Of a stretch of 64,000 bases of DNA, positions 35,691 through 49,548 are shown piece after piece. Source of the DNA: Nageia nagi (Eukaryota; Plantae; Pinophyta). The DNA lies in NCBI GenBank assembly GCA_050084985.1, contig JBITNC010000001.1, forward strand, positions 188,170,001 through 188,234,000, given 5' to 3'. Within the stretch, counting starts at the first letter, position 1; each line of letters opens with the position of its first letter. A program made the position numbers and the translations under genes. The notes under the pieces were generated by a model that did not search any database, was not told the origin of the DNA, and saw nothing but the letters and a program-made list of their open reading frames with translations.

Positions 35691-37155
35691 CAATTGCATT
35701 GTGGGATGTTGATTGAGAGGATGCCAGGCAGATTGATGAGAATGTGAATCAATAGAATCTGGTTAGAGTACCATTGGATGAACTATATTTCAGGACAGAT
35801 TGTTACCAATTCAAATGATGATGGTTTCAACATGCTAGGAAGCCTAACAACAAACATTATCATATATGAGTTGGAAGATGCAAACATTTAGCATTTTGAT
35901 TATTGGTTACAGTTTTTGACGTTTTGTAATTATACTTAGACTTTGATATTAAATTTCTGGTTCAACTCAAGCTCTTTATATGCTCATATGCTTTGTATTC
36001 CATACAATTTAGTGACAAAATATATTACATTCCTTTATCTTTTTGCTTTACATGTTTTATGAACGTTTACTATGCCTTGTTATTTATGCATGTTTGTATG
36101 TCAGAAACAAAATTTATTACATCTTTGCTATTTATTCTAATTTTTATGTGCATTTAAACTTTTCATTACTGAAACTTCCTCCAAAAGTCCTCTCTGTCCT
36201 ACCAGTCTAAACACTTGTTCCCTTACGCTGTCCTCATCCCAGGGACTCTATATAGTCTATTTCTTAATCCTATGAAGTTCTTAAAGGTATGTTTGTATTG
36301 TTAGGCGTCCATGACAAAGATAGGTAGTCTGCAATTTTATGCAGCGTGATATCTTTTAAAATATTTTCTACTCCTGCCTTATGGACAGAAGGGTTGCACG
36401 ACTGAAATCCTTTCTTTATTAAGGGGAATTACTGTTTGAGAAGTAGCATGCTTTCATGGCTAGCTTGAATTGGCCAGTTCCTTTGAGTTATCCAGATAGT
36501 GCTATGGACCTTTCAGATGTCTTTTTGATGGAAGAGTTATGAATGTGCATATTTCTCCCATTTTTTTCCTTCTATTTTGTCTGCAAGGCAGTGGTTTCTT
36601 ATTGTTTGCTAGAGAGGATATTCTTCTAAGATTATTTAAATGCCCATTTTCTAGAAAACTAGTTGAGGATGGCAAGATTTGTGAAATTTAACCTAAAAAT
36701 GGTCCTTTATGTTCCTGTTTCTCTTTTGTTATGCATAGAATCTTAGTTGCAATAGAAAATCCTTTGATTGTCGGACAAGTCACTCCTGGTATATAGTAAG
36801 GGGTTCAGTTTCTCCATTACATGAGTACAACTTGTAAAGGATTCATTATTCCCTAATGTTTTGAGTTTGGGCATGGATGAATATTTTACTGATTTTTATG
36901 TTCCTTGATCTGTTAAATTGACCAGGAGACATTCTCAAAATAGTTCATTTTTGCGGGGCTGCAGCAAAACGTGTGAAGTCAAAAACTTAATATGGGACTC
37001 ATGACTTCATACATGGCAGGCAAAGGCAAAACAATATCTAAAGAATGTAAAATGACTGGAAAGGTTTGTTGAAATTACCTAATTAAAGATTGCTGAAACT
37101 GGATGGTTAAAGTTGTGTCAAATGATGGCTGATATGTGGTCAATGGTATTGGCTG

Positions 37156-37311
37156 TAGCTTGGAGTAAAGCCTTCGCTGAGGCACTGGAAGTTTGTCTGG
37201 CACCTTATGCCATGGCTTGGTTTGTATTGAATCTAGCTTGGAGTAAAGCCTTGTTGAAGCATTTGAAAGATTGTCTGGCAGCGTATGCCATGGCTTAGTT
37301 TGTATATTGAC
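37156..37311 (+). repeat. 78-bp tandem duplication in non-TE sequence
   Basis: TAGCTTGGAGTAAAGCCTT...TATGCCATGGCTT.GTTTGTAT at 37156 and 37234. Confidence 0.9.
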
Positions 37312-38539
37312 CTTGGTTCTCCTCAATCCCTGTGCTGTGCATTTCAGGTACGTGTTTATAAGGTTGTAACACTTTTCTATAATGACTGTCTACGGAGTAG
37401 GCCCGGAGGTGAGAATTTTTGAAAATTAATATCATTTTTTACGAAAGCTGACTGAGTAACAGGCAAGGGTTTAGTGAAGTTGGAGTTAATGTCATTGCAT
37501 GCATAGTAGATTTAACATTTAGCTATGGTTAACTAAAACTGAATCTCCGAATAGACCCTCTGTATGATGAGGCTGGTTCACATAGCATTTTATGGTTTTA
37601 TATGAATGCTTAGATAATATTCTCAATCTCAGTACTTTGCTAGGTTGGCAGTGTCTGTCGCTTCCTGTTTGCACAGTTTCAAATAGGGTAATCCCTGGTT
37701 TCGTAGTTTTCACAACTACTTGTAAGAGATTATCGGACTCAGATCGGAGTGACATTCAGTTGGGTGATTCTAAAAAACAGAGCCAATGGTTGCACCCAGA
37801 CTAAGCATTAGAATCAATTTGCAGCTGACAGCATTGAGAATTTTAGCACAAGGACTTGTAAAGTATGAATATGATAAACTTGGGAATGTTTTCGTGTATA
37901 CAAATGCACAATTTTTTGTTGTTAAGAACCACTTGTACATTTTATGGTACTTGCACATTCTTTGTTGATAGAGGATCTTTAGTGAGGATCAGAACCTAAT
38001 AATCAGATTTTTTGTCTTTCTCAATGGTGGAATATTTTCAAAATTTGTTTACTTGCTTCATGTCTACACCACATCATCAGTTGCTATGTTTTGTTGTCCT
38101 TTTTGTTCTATGTTTTGGATTAGATTTATAAAATATTATTTATTTAGTATTTAGTATTTACCTTTCTTTTAGACCTATTCTAAATGTATTTCTATGGGGT
38201 CTTTCTTTGTCTAATATGCACTTTAAGAGTATGCTTAATGTTTACCTTGCATATTGTTATCCTATGTAACTAAAACAAATTGCTCCTATATTTTTAATTT
38301 GCTTCTGTATTGTAGATAAAACTTCTGGTGTACCATAGTTGCATGTCCGTCAACTTTTATATACATCTGATTCTGAGTTATAGTTGATCAACTTCCTAAT
38401 AAGGTTTGATAAGATATCAAAGTTTCAGATTGTCTACTTTTGGGCATAAGAGTTGTCTGTTTAGGAAACAGGAAGATGCCTCATTTAGAGGTCAAAGACA
38501 TGATTTGGAGTATTGAGCCAAACCTCAGGAGGTGAGATG

Positions 38540-41500
38540 TGTTAGAGTATTAAGTTCACTTAGGAGTATTTTATTATTTTCCTAGGTCTTGTTATTTCTA
38601 GCTAGCTTGTTGCGGTGACAGCCATATTTTTGTCACTTTGTGGATTATCCTATTCACGCATGGTTGGCACGGTTTTGTACACTAGCTTGTATTTTGCCCT
38701 ATTTATTTGGGCTCTATTCTCATTTCAATCTGATCAATTTTTAGCATTCTAGTTTCTCTCTTTGTTTTGGTGGTGCTTTACATTTTTCTTTCTAGGTTTG
38801 ATTTGCTCTCCTTGCAAATCTTCACATGGTATCATAGCAGGTTGGTTTTATGCAGGCATCCAAAACTTCCTTGAAGCTTTCTCAGATTGATTCCTACAAT
38901 TTGGTTTAGTCCTTCATTTGTAGCTTTCCCTTCACTGGGTATATGTGGCACTTGTTGTGGTGATTGGTCTCATCAAGCTGACCACGGCTGCCATCACACT
39001 ATGTTTTCTGTGCGGGGTGCACCATGTTTTTTGATGGTGGAGATTTGCTACGCATTGGGGCAATTTCTAGCTCTCCACTGCCTTGTGCTTCATCACTAGC
39101 TTGTGTGGCCAACTTGAAAGGTCGTAGGCCTCCCGGCTCTTTGTGGCCTCTCTCCTGTAGATTGGGGCTCTCCAAATTTGTAATCGAAATCTCCATGATG
39201 GTCCTTCTAGCGAATCAGCTCCTTACGCATCCTTCGCTCTGCTAGACACAACACCTAGGTGCCTCACGGAACCACCCTGCGTACCTCATGGCTATCCTAG
39301 GGTTCTTGGCATCCTCCTGTGTGAGCACGACTCCACAACTAGATCTGAGCTCCATGGGCTCTCACAGGTCTCAACTTGAATCCCCAATGCTCCTCATTTT
39401 GGATGTCTACATGGCTTGAGGCGCTCCTAAACGACTCCCAAATGTCCCCTACACGTGCAATCACTTCATGGGCTCTTGGACTCTTTGCGCACTAGATATA
39501 GACTCCACAACATTCTAAATGGGTTCCCACTATGCATCGCATCTCTGGTGATCTTCAGAGTGGTCTTCCAACTTCGAATCAACGTTTAGTGTGCCCTATT
39601 AGCACTAAAAAAATAAAAAAAAACATTTTCTCCTTGGAACCCCGCTTTCTTCACTTGGGCTGTCTCACCAATGTTTTCTCCTTGCTCGTGGCCTGCATAG
39701 AGCTGTGTCTCCCGGACCAGTACATGCTCGTGTCACCATTATTTGTTGCTCGAAAATGGCATTGTGGATCGTGGTTGTTTACGGGCGAATTCCAGTTCTC
39801 CGCTTGTGCATGAAGATTTGGGGGGTCCTTTGAAAAGTGTGAATAAAAGCTTTTTGGGGGGAGTGTGTAGGTGCCAATTTAGAGCACCCCTTTTTTGCTT
39901 GGTTCCTTGGTTTGCTTGGTGTTTTTGAGATGGATTATTCTCCATTTAAAATTGAACTTATCACACCTCATAATTATCACACTTGGAAACCATAGATGTT
40001 GACAATCTTAGCACAAAGAGGACTAAACACATTCATTAAGGAGCAAAAATTCACATTCAAATCAGACTATGAAAATTGGTCTTTCACAAAGGCACTTGGT
40101 GAAGCATTTGGGTTAATCAAATCAAATGTGAGTGAGAGCTTGTGGTTTCATCTTGACAATGTAACTACACCACATGAGGCATGGGATAAATTGAAATCAT
40201 TGTTTGGTAAAGTTGACACAATGAGGGCCATGCAAATTGATGCTCAACTTACTGCATTATCTCTTGATGACTATCCCACTATGGTTGATTATCTCACTAA
40301 ATTTAAGGAGTTGTACACACAATTATGGGTAGTGGTAAAAAGAAGAGATTGGAAAAATGCATTTTTTCGATTTTATCAAAATTGAAAGGCCCATTTCATG
40401 TATTTGCTTCTACATTCCTCTCTACAATGGATGCTATGGGTGATAATTCACAATGCCTAAGCTGGAAGAATTTTGTGAACGTCTTACAAGGGAAGAGACT
40501 AAAATTTCAACTCTTGAGTCATCTTCATTTAAGGCATTAACAACATCTAAAGGCAAAGGCAAGCCCAAGCCTAAGCCTAAGTCCACTATACCAAAGACAA
40601 CTCCAAAACCCCATGACTCCAAACCCAATCAAGTCAAAGAGAAGGCTACTTGTTCTTATTGTGGGAAGCTTGGTTATGTAATTGAAAAATGTTACAAAAA
40701 GATAAAAGATGACAAAAAGAAGCAAAAATATGAAATTTCCCATGTATAAGGTAAGGCTTTGAATGTTCATGGGAGAGGACATTCTGAATTAGAGAATTGG
40801 CTTGTGGATTCATGTGCCACTCATCACATGAATCCATCCAGAGAGTCTTTTGCATCTCTTTGTTCTACTTCTACTTCCAGTATTGAGGTTGGTGATTCCT
40901 CTCGCATTTCTATGAAGGGGAAAGAAGACATTCTTTTTGGAGGTGGTCGCATCCATGATGTGCTTTTGGTTCTTGATATCACCACCAACCTTCTTTTTGT
41001 GTATCAGATTTGTAATACTGGTACTAGGAGGATTGTTCTATTCACACCTCACAGTTTTGAGATTCGTAGTTTGTTGAAGCCATAGTCACTTATTGCATGA
41101 GGTGTTGTTGACCGTTCCTTGAGATTCTATCAGTTTGAGGGATTTGATGATACTGCTTCAGGTATTGGGTTGGTTGCTCATGCAGATCCTGTGAATGGAC
41201 TTTGGCATGAGAGGTTTGGGCACCTCAACTATTGGTATTTGCAGCAGTTGAATTCTCATGACATGGTCACTGGCTTGCCTAAGGTGTCTTGTTCTGATGG
41301 TGTTTGTCTTGGTTGTGCCCTTGGTAAGCAACATGAAGACCCTTTTCCAAAATGCAAAGCTCATCGTGCATCATCTCCTTTGGAGTTGGTACATAGTGAC
41401 TTGATGATTTTTCCGCTCCCATCCTTTACAGGAGCTTGGTATGCATTGACTTTCATTGATGATTTCTCGAGACATACTTGGGTGTATTTTCTTAAGTACA

Positions 41501-44333
41501 AGAGTGATGTCTTTGCTCTCTTCAAAGTCTTCAAGGCTTTGGTAGAGAATCAATCTTCCAGTTGCATCAAGAAGCTTCACATAGACAATGGGGGGAGTAC
41601 TTCAACACAGAGTTTTTAGAGTTCCTTGAGAAGCACGGAATAGTTCATCAGCATTCTATCCCTCACACTCAATAGCAGAAAGAAAGAACATAACACTGAA
41701 GGAGATGGCCAATTGTATGATGCATTCTAGAGACTTGCCTCCCATTTTTTGGGCAGAGACAGTCAATTGTGTGATCTACATTCAGAATCGCACTCCCCAT
41801 CAGGCACTTGACCACATGACTCTTGAAGAGGCTTGGAGTGGAACCAAGCCAGATGTGTCACGCTTCAGAGTGTTTGGAAGTCATGCTTGGGCCTTCATTC
41901 CGAAGACCAAGCGTAAGGCCTTGGATAAGAGGAGCAACCCTCTCATCTTTGTTGGTTATAGTGAGGACTAAAGGCGTATTGATTGATTGATTGAATCTGA
42001 CACCCATGATTTTTTTTTCCACAGTCATGTTCAGTTTGATGAGTGCCTTCCTGATCCTTCCTCTTCATCTCCTTCCTCAGTCTTACTTGACTCTCGTGAC
42101 ACATCTTCTGAGATCTTTTATGAGGAGGTTATTCCTGAGGTTGGTGCTCCCATTACAACTATTAACCCTCATGCACCTCCTCCACTTGTAGTTGCTGCCC
42201 CATCCTGTTGATGTTGCATCTTCTTCCATTGCTAGTAGTCCCATGCCAAAATGGGCTCGCACTACACTTGAGTATGCAACACCTTTCATCCAGGATCTCC
42301 CTCCTTCCCTCCGCCATTCCACCAGTTCTAGTCTAGTTGGTTAGGCACATTTAGATGATCCACAAACTTTTTCAGAGGCTTATGGCATATTAGAGTGGGA
42401 TGATGCCATGGCGGTTGAGTATTCTTCCTTGTTGAAGAATAATACTTGGGAGCTTGTTCATCTTCCCCATGGGAGAAAGTTGGTTCACTATAAATGGGTA
42501 TATCGAACTAAGTATGCAGCTAATAGCTCTATTGACAAGTATAAGGCTCGTCTTGTTGCCAAGGGGTTCTCATAGTTTGAAGGGATTGACTACTCGGAGA
42601 CCTTTGCCCCTATGGCCAAGATGGATTCAGTTCGCCTTGTACTTGCTTTTGTTGCTGCATAGAGATGGTTAGTATTTCAAATGGATATGAAGAGTACTTT
42701 TTTTCATGGTGATTTGCATAAGGAGATTTATATGGAGTAGGCTACCAATTTTATCCAGGATTCCTCACTTGTTTATAGGCTTAGAAAATCTCTCTATGGC
42801 CTCAAACAAGCTCCTTGGGCATGGTACGAGAAGATGGACTCTTTCTTACTCTCCATTGATTTTGTACGGTGTTCCTTTGACCTTACAGTCTATATTTGGA
42901 GACATGGAGAAGACACCACCTCTTTGGTGTTGTATGTTGATGATATTATTCTCATTGAAATCTCCCGCTTTCACATTCAAATAGTTTAGCAGGCTCTCTC
43001 TAAGAGATTTGAGATGACAGACATTGGACTTGCCCATTACTTTCTTGGTTTTTAGGTGATGCAGACAAATTTAGGGATTTCCATATCAAAATAGAAATAT
43101 GCCTTGGATCTTCTTCAACTGTTTAGGATGGTAGATTGTAATATTTCTTTGACACCTTTTCTGAGTGGGATGACTTTGACTTCTACTTGCATGTCACCAC
43201 TGTGTGATGCTACTTTGTATCGCCAGTTGGTTGGGAGTCTTCTATACCTCACACATACTAGACTGAATATTTCATATGTAGTTGGGCTTGTTTCTCGGTT
43301 TGTATAGACCCCTCATGAGTCTCATTGGTAGGAAGCCAAGAGGATTCTTCGATATGTGAGGGGCACTACTCACTTTGGTTTGTATTACACGAGAGGTGAT
43401 CCAATGTTGATTGGATATACAAATTCTGATTGGGTTGGTTCTTCTGATGATCATCGTTTCACTTTTGACTATGTATTTTGTCTTGATGCTTCTCCCATTG
43501 CTCGGCCGTGCAAGAAGCAGCATGGTATTGCACTATCATCGAATGAGGCAGAGTATAGGGCAACTGTTTATGTGAGTTATTGGAGGAATTTGGCTTTCCC
43601 CAGTCTCGTACCACAATTCTTTGGTGTGACAATCAGAGTGCAATCCACATTTTGCACAATCTTGTTGAGCATCAGTGCACCAAACACATTGAGGTCCACA
43701 TGCACTTCATCCGTCAGCATATTCAGGATCACATTCTCAACTTGGAGCACCTTCCTACAAAGCAATAAATCGCAGACATCTTCACTAAATCCTTTGCATC
43801 ATCTCGTTTCCTTGAATTGCGTGGTTTGCTTAGGGTGCAGGAAGTTGTCCTTGGGGGGTGTTGATGAGGAGATCTTCCTCTCCATCCTCCTACTGTGAGA
43901 TGGTTTTTTCCCCATGTGTTTTTTTTATTATCTTTCAGTAGATTCTTTGCACATATTTTACATGAGTACCTGATCAAGCTTTGTTTCTAGGACTCATTTC
44001 TATGGATGTGCCACTTACATTACTTCCTTGTTCACTTAAGGGGGATGTTAGAGTATTAAGTTCACTTAGGAGTATTTTATTATTTTTCTAGGTCTTATTA
44101 TTTTTAGCTAGTTTGTTGTGGTGACAACCATATTTCTGTCACTTTGTGGATTTTTCTATTCACGCATGGTTGGCATGCTTCTGTACACTAGCTTGTATTT
44201 TGCCCTATTTATTTGAGCTCCATTCTCATTTCATTCCGATCAGTTTTGAGCATTCTAGCTTCTCTCCTTGTTTTTGTGGTGCTCTTGCATTTTCCTTTCT
44301 AAGTTTGATTTGCTCTCCTTGCAAATCTTCACA
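38540..44333 (+). mobile_element. Full-length, older Ty1/copia LTR retrotransposon
   Basis: LTRs 38540-38826 and 44046-44333 with about 25 differences by eye. TSD AGATG, PBS TGGTATCATAGC (38827), PPT before 44046. Confidence 0.95.
39930..43860 (+). pseudogene. Copia gag-pol of element 2, many stops and frameshifts
   Basis: Gag (EAWDKLKSLFGK), CSYCGKLGY...C, WLVDSCATHHM, LWHERFGHLN, VHSDL, LYVDD, YTNSDW, WCDNQSA. Confidence 0.92.
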
Positions 44334-44970
44334 AGATGGATAACATTGGAGGTGAAAATAACTGAGAGAGAAGATATAGATGACTTATGTATAAGATGTA
44401 CAACTCTATGATTTCATTATTGGTTCCATATATAATGTAGGAGTCATCACGTACATGTGGGTATTTGGATTTTTACACATATGACAAAATAACTACAAAG
44501 TAGTTTCAGATCTTGTGTTGTAGAAAAACATGTGCTGCAAGGTGTAAGTACCAATTATTAATAACTAATGCTTGCTTGGTAGCCTTCAAAGCTCATAAAA
44601 GCTATGAAATTTCAAGGGTGTTTCCCCTTGATCTCTGTTGTATTATTCAAAGGGTCAAAGTATAGGTTGAGTGAGGTCTGCACTTGCCGAACTATGCCTA
44701 GAAATATTGATGCATCTGGATCAAGTACCAAGCCTTTAATTGAATTTGGTTGAGATGGATATGTTGATGTAATGGAATTGAGTTCAATCTTAATCCAAAT
44801 ATGACTGTCGAGCCTAGTACACAAGGCTTTTAAAAGGTTGAAGATACAAGACTTCTATATGCTTGATTTTGATTGGATTTTGAGAGGCTTATTGTCACAA
44901 CTATACCACCTTCATTAATTATAAGGTAACAAAGAAGATCACGTAAATAGGCATTGCAAGTTTGAATTTA

Positions 44971-45687
44971 CGTGACGTCCCCCTTGTTCAGTAAGTGGGA
45001 CTGAAAGGTTCTTCTTTGTAATATACTTTATTTATGTATTTGCACTTTCATAATTATAACTTAGGATAGGAGACTTAATAGGTCAATGGACCCCACTGTG
45101 AGCCTCAAGTGGGATGTCTCCCTCCTAAGGTTAGCTTAGGTGTATTTATCATATTGGAGATCCCAAGACATGATTGTGGGAATCCCAAGGCCTAGTGCGC
45201 ATTTAATGGTTGGATGAGCACTTTATGATCCAACGTTGAGATTGGGAGCATGTAGACACCTGCGCTAGCTTGGGGGAGGCTTCTAGACCCCCACGTTGGA
45301 TCTTGAGACCCACGTTGGCTCCTCAGAGACCAACATTAGCCCTTCTAGGGCTTGGTATTGTATTCATCATCATTCTATATATTGCCAAGGGCATTTGGAT
45401 CTCATTTGTATATTGTATTGTCCGTCTTGTGCCTATGTTGGGTATCATTGCTTGTTTATACTTGTTCTGGCCAAACGTTGGCATTGTGGATTGTTGTACC
45501 TTGACTATTGTATGTATTGGCTAAACATTGGTGAATGGATGTGGCACATGTTTGATATTGTAACCCTAACCCTAACGTTGCATACTTGAGGGTTTGTTTA
45601 CTTGTATTTGATGCCCTAGCCCTGATGTAAGGGTTCATTGCTGGGAGTTTGTTGATTTTGCATTGAGGTCCATTTTGGATCCTCACA
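44971..45687 (+). mobile_element. Solo LTR, shorter member of the 23705-24843 family
   Basis: CGTGACGTCCCC...GGATCCTCACA with perfect TSD ATTTA (44966-44970, 45688-45692). Shares the CCCCACTGTGAGCC.CAAGTGGGATGTCTCCCTCCT block. Confidence 0.88.
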
Positions 45688-45699
45688 ATTTAACATTTA

Positions 45700-46800
45700 T
45701 CAAATGAGGAATAACATCATCTAATGTTGCTCCATTCTATGCTTGCGATGTACTCATTGGTTTTCTTTACATTTATGATCATGAATGTACCTATTATGCT
45801 AGCCCAAAGCATGTGTCCTTCAAGATAAATAACACTCTTTATCATGCACATAATGCATGTTGACCATGAGTGTTTCCTTGATCATTGCCAAACAATGCGA
45901 GAAGATTGTTTTATACACATATAAGTTTTTCCTCATGATCCACTTTGTGAAGACTCCAATCACTTGTTATTGCTCTTTGTCACCTTATCGTATGATCACC
46001 TCTTTGTAGGGGAGTTGGGAGACAAGTAAGGTGTGAAGGTACCCACATGGAATGTTTGAAGTTCCACTCCTACCCATTACATTGGTGATATTTAAAAACT
46101 CTTGATAGGTCCTACAAACCAGTAGGTTTAAAGGATGCTAAATGTCGATTTTACCTTTTTATATGATTTAGTTGTTTGCCACCACAACAATCTGACTTCC
46201 TCCTACAACAATACAATTTCTCTAATGAGCCTTAAGGTCTCCTAACACATTGTTGTATCAAGTAGTAGATTGATCGCATGCTTGGCTTTGTGTTGTCAAA
46301 CAAGCCACTCTAAAGAAGATCCATTTGGGAGATGATGAGATTTATCACCCCATTCAGGAGGCCATCACTCAAGGTAATATTTGTCATATTCTCCATATGA
46401 TAGTTCATTCGTCCTCAGTCCAAAGAAGGATAATACGGGGATTGTGTATTGCCTATCATGTCCTCAACAAGATCACCACTAAGAATGGATATCCTCTTTT
46501 GAGGATAGACAATCTTAATCTTTTGTACTAGCTCCAAGGTGCACAATTCTTCACCATGAATAATCTAAATTCATTAGGTACTTGTGAATGAGCCAACCAA
46601 TTGAAAGATAACTTTCAAGACCAAGGTAGGCATCTTTGATTGGTAGGTTATGCCCTTCAACTTCACTAATCTATTGATGCCATTCATGTCCATGATGAAC
46701 ATCTTGTGATCTTTCACTACCTCCATCATTGTTTACTTAGATGGCATTCTTGTCTTCAATATGACATGGGAGGGACATAATTGTCACCTGTAGCTTGCCA
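45700..46800 (+). mobile_element. Decayed Ty3/gypsy protease/RT remnant
   Basis: LCIAYHVLNKITTKNGYPLLRID near 46440-46510, followed by decayed VMPF...TN and VYLDGIL motifs. Ends approximate. Confidence 0.7.
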
Positions 46801-48709
46801 CATGCAAAAGATGGAGCGTTACATGATAGTTCTTTAATTGATCATCCATTTTACTATATATTTGTATTGTATCATGGTGTAACAATCTCTTTCATATTGA
46901 CCCTCAAGAGAAGCCGATTTCTTTTTGTAAAATCATTTACGGTTTACCTACTAGTTTAACTTAACTGTTATGGATATGAGTTGCATCTTGGGATAATTTT
47001 CCCTGCTGGTTGTAGTTCAACCTTTCTAGAGAAACCCTTTCTCCTTTACTGACCTTTCTTGGAGATACACTTGAGTATGTTCAAATTTAGTGATATCTCA
47101 GATTTGCGATACATACTACTCTCGGTTACAGCTCCATTGTTACTTCCTTGTGGTGCAGAAAATCATATGATGATACTGTTATCTCAAAACCCTTGGACAT
47201 ACCTCATCATTGAGTTGGCCATGAATGATCTTTGAATACAAATCCTTTAACTGGCATTCCTGATCTAATTTAAGGGAGCTAGGTGTCTTGTTTCAACATG
47301 GCGGGTTTTGCTAATATACTTTACTCGGTGGTAGGTTTCCTCATGCAAATGCTCACCACTTGCGGAGTTTAACAGCTCGGCTACAAAGTTGTTATTGTTA
47401 TTCATAATGCAGTTACCTTAAACAAAAACTATTGAACTAGGCTATTATGCATATGCAATCCATCATGACAATTCTACTTCATGGTATTAACATTAGTGTA
47501 ACATCATTAATGCAATATCTTGATCATCATTGATTTCTAATGTTGGCAGTCGAAACACTCATTCATGCACTACATCAGGAATCTCTTAGAAAAAACATTG
47601 TAAATAGGGTTAAAACTATAACAATAAAAGTAGTGTACATGCTTTAATTATCCAATATATTGTGAGATTTTGCATAGAAACGCATTTGCAAGCTCACGAA
47701 TTCAACTTGACATATTTACTGATCAACATTCTTCTCAACAATATAATATCTATTTCATAAAAGAACCATAAACATTTGCCTAATTACAAGATGGAACATA
47801 TATATTTGGTTTTAGATTGAATCCCACAATGTTATAATGTATAATTCTAAACATATAATGTTTTTTGCTGTTTCAAGTTTAGAATTACGTTACAAGCAGA
47901 AAGTTGATAACTATGCCCTTTAATATCCTTGCAGAGTGAGGTAGATGGAGGGAATAATATAAAAGCTTTTTTGCAGGCCAAGGCAACCGCCCTAAGATAT
48001 CTACATAAGGTTTTGCTAGGTGTCCTATTATGGCAGGGTGCAAGAGAAGTGCGTGCAAAATATCATATGCTTTCAGCATACAAGTTCGACAAAAGCTAAT
48101 TAATGAATATAAACCATAGCACATACTCAAATTAGATCCATTGCTTGGACTGATACACTTGGCAGTTACTATGACATATTTTATGTAAGAACAAATTTGT
48201 CTCAAGGCAAGGTGGTTTGTTAGAATGCTTGATGATCTCATGTCTACTACGTTATACAAGCAAAGTAAGCTAAGAATGTGTATCAACATCACTATCTATG
48301 CTGTTAATGTCTATATGTGCTCTAGATTACATGCAAACATTAGTACTAACTATAATAGAGTATGCTCACCTACTACCCTAAAGAGTGATGCATATCTGTA
48401 TTTAATATTCCACCAATTTCATGTGTTTGATGAAGCTATAATATGCAAGTATGTATAATAAGATCTCTTTTAAAAAATATGATAATATTTCGTTTCACAT
48501 ATCTAGTTCTTCTAAAGTAAAACATGCCAAAATGGTAATTTATTTAATGCATATGCGGACTACCATGAATAAGATTGCCAAGCATATGTGTCTATTTTGT
48601 TTTGGTCCTAACTCCTTGGCATGCATTTTACTAGACAACCAAGCCAAGGGTATAACATGCTGTAATGGATGCCTCACATCTCTATCTGCACTGAATATAT
48701 CATCTATAT

Positions 48710-48926
48710 CATCTCTATGATGTTTTGTTTTAATGTTTTAGCCCTATTCAAGTTTAACAATATTATTTTTCAATATTAAATACCCAACTAAGACATCTCA
48801 TGGAGGAGGAAATAGCATGTCATCTCTATGATGCTTTGTTTTAATGTTTCAGCCTTTCTCAAGTTCAACAATATTGTTTTTCAATATTAAATACCCAACC
48901 AAGAGATCTCACAAAGGAGGAAATAA
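48710..48926. repeat. 111-bp tandem duplication
   Basis: CATCTCTATGATG...GGAGGAAATA at 48710 and 48821. Confidence 0.9.
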
Positions 48927-49548
48927 TATTGTTTTAGGCTTGTAGGTTGGCTTTTCTATGAAAATATAGTTTTACAAAGACCATAGAAAGGTAGTGTTTG
49001 AGACAACCAAGAATTTTACTACTGAAACAATATGTGTTGAGCCATTGCAAGCATACTAGACTTAAACTAGGGTATGCTAATTAGATCCTTATAGTAATAA
49101 CAACATGCTTCTTGAGCTAGAGTAAGATGTAATCTAATTTTATGGACTGTCACAAGCATGAAATCAACAGTTCCAGAAATACAAGATGTATAGTTTTCAT
49201 GTAAGTGCATGATATCACACATACAATAGTTTGGTTGTATTCAATTTATTTTGTCAAACAGTTCAAGGACCATATTTACATACATTTGATCAAATAGTCC
49301 AAGGATTATATATATATTAACCTATTCCTATGTCTTTCTTGGACCAAGCTAATTTGTATTATAAATTTGTGATGGGTTTTTTCAGAGAAAGACAGTTCAG
49401 CTTTTAAACTAGATCACCACTGACAAAGCCAAAAGCATCTTTTGAAGGATCAAACACCAACAATGTGATTTTTAGTAATCGAAAAAGGTGAATTCCACTT
49501 GAATTCTCATTGTCTATGATCTTCATCGACCCTTAGAGATTCTTATAA

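Noticed and set aside
37075-37326. LRR-like minus-strand peptide (TLPDNLSN)
   Set aside because: The 26-aa period comes from the DNA duplication and the LxxLxLxxN consensus is missing.
39024-39245. Possible second PPR relic in the copia 2 leader (LPCASSLACVANLKG)
   Set aside because: A single weak resemblance with no motif spacing or neighbouring motifs.
47885-48292. 135-aa minus-strand ORF
   Set aside because: No recognisable domain or splice context; composition fits a chance ORF.
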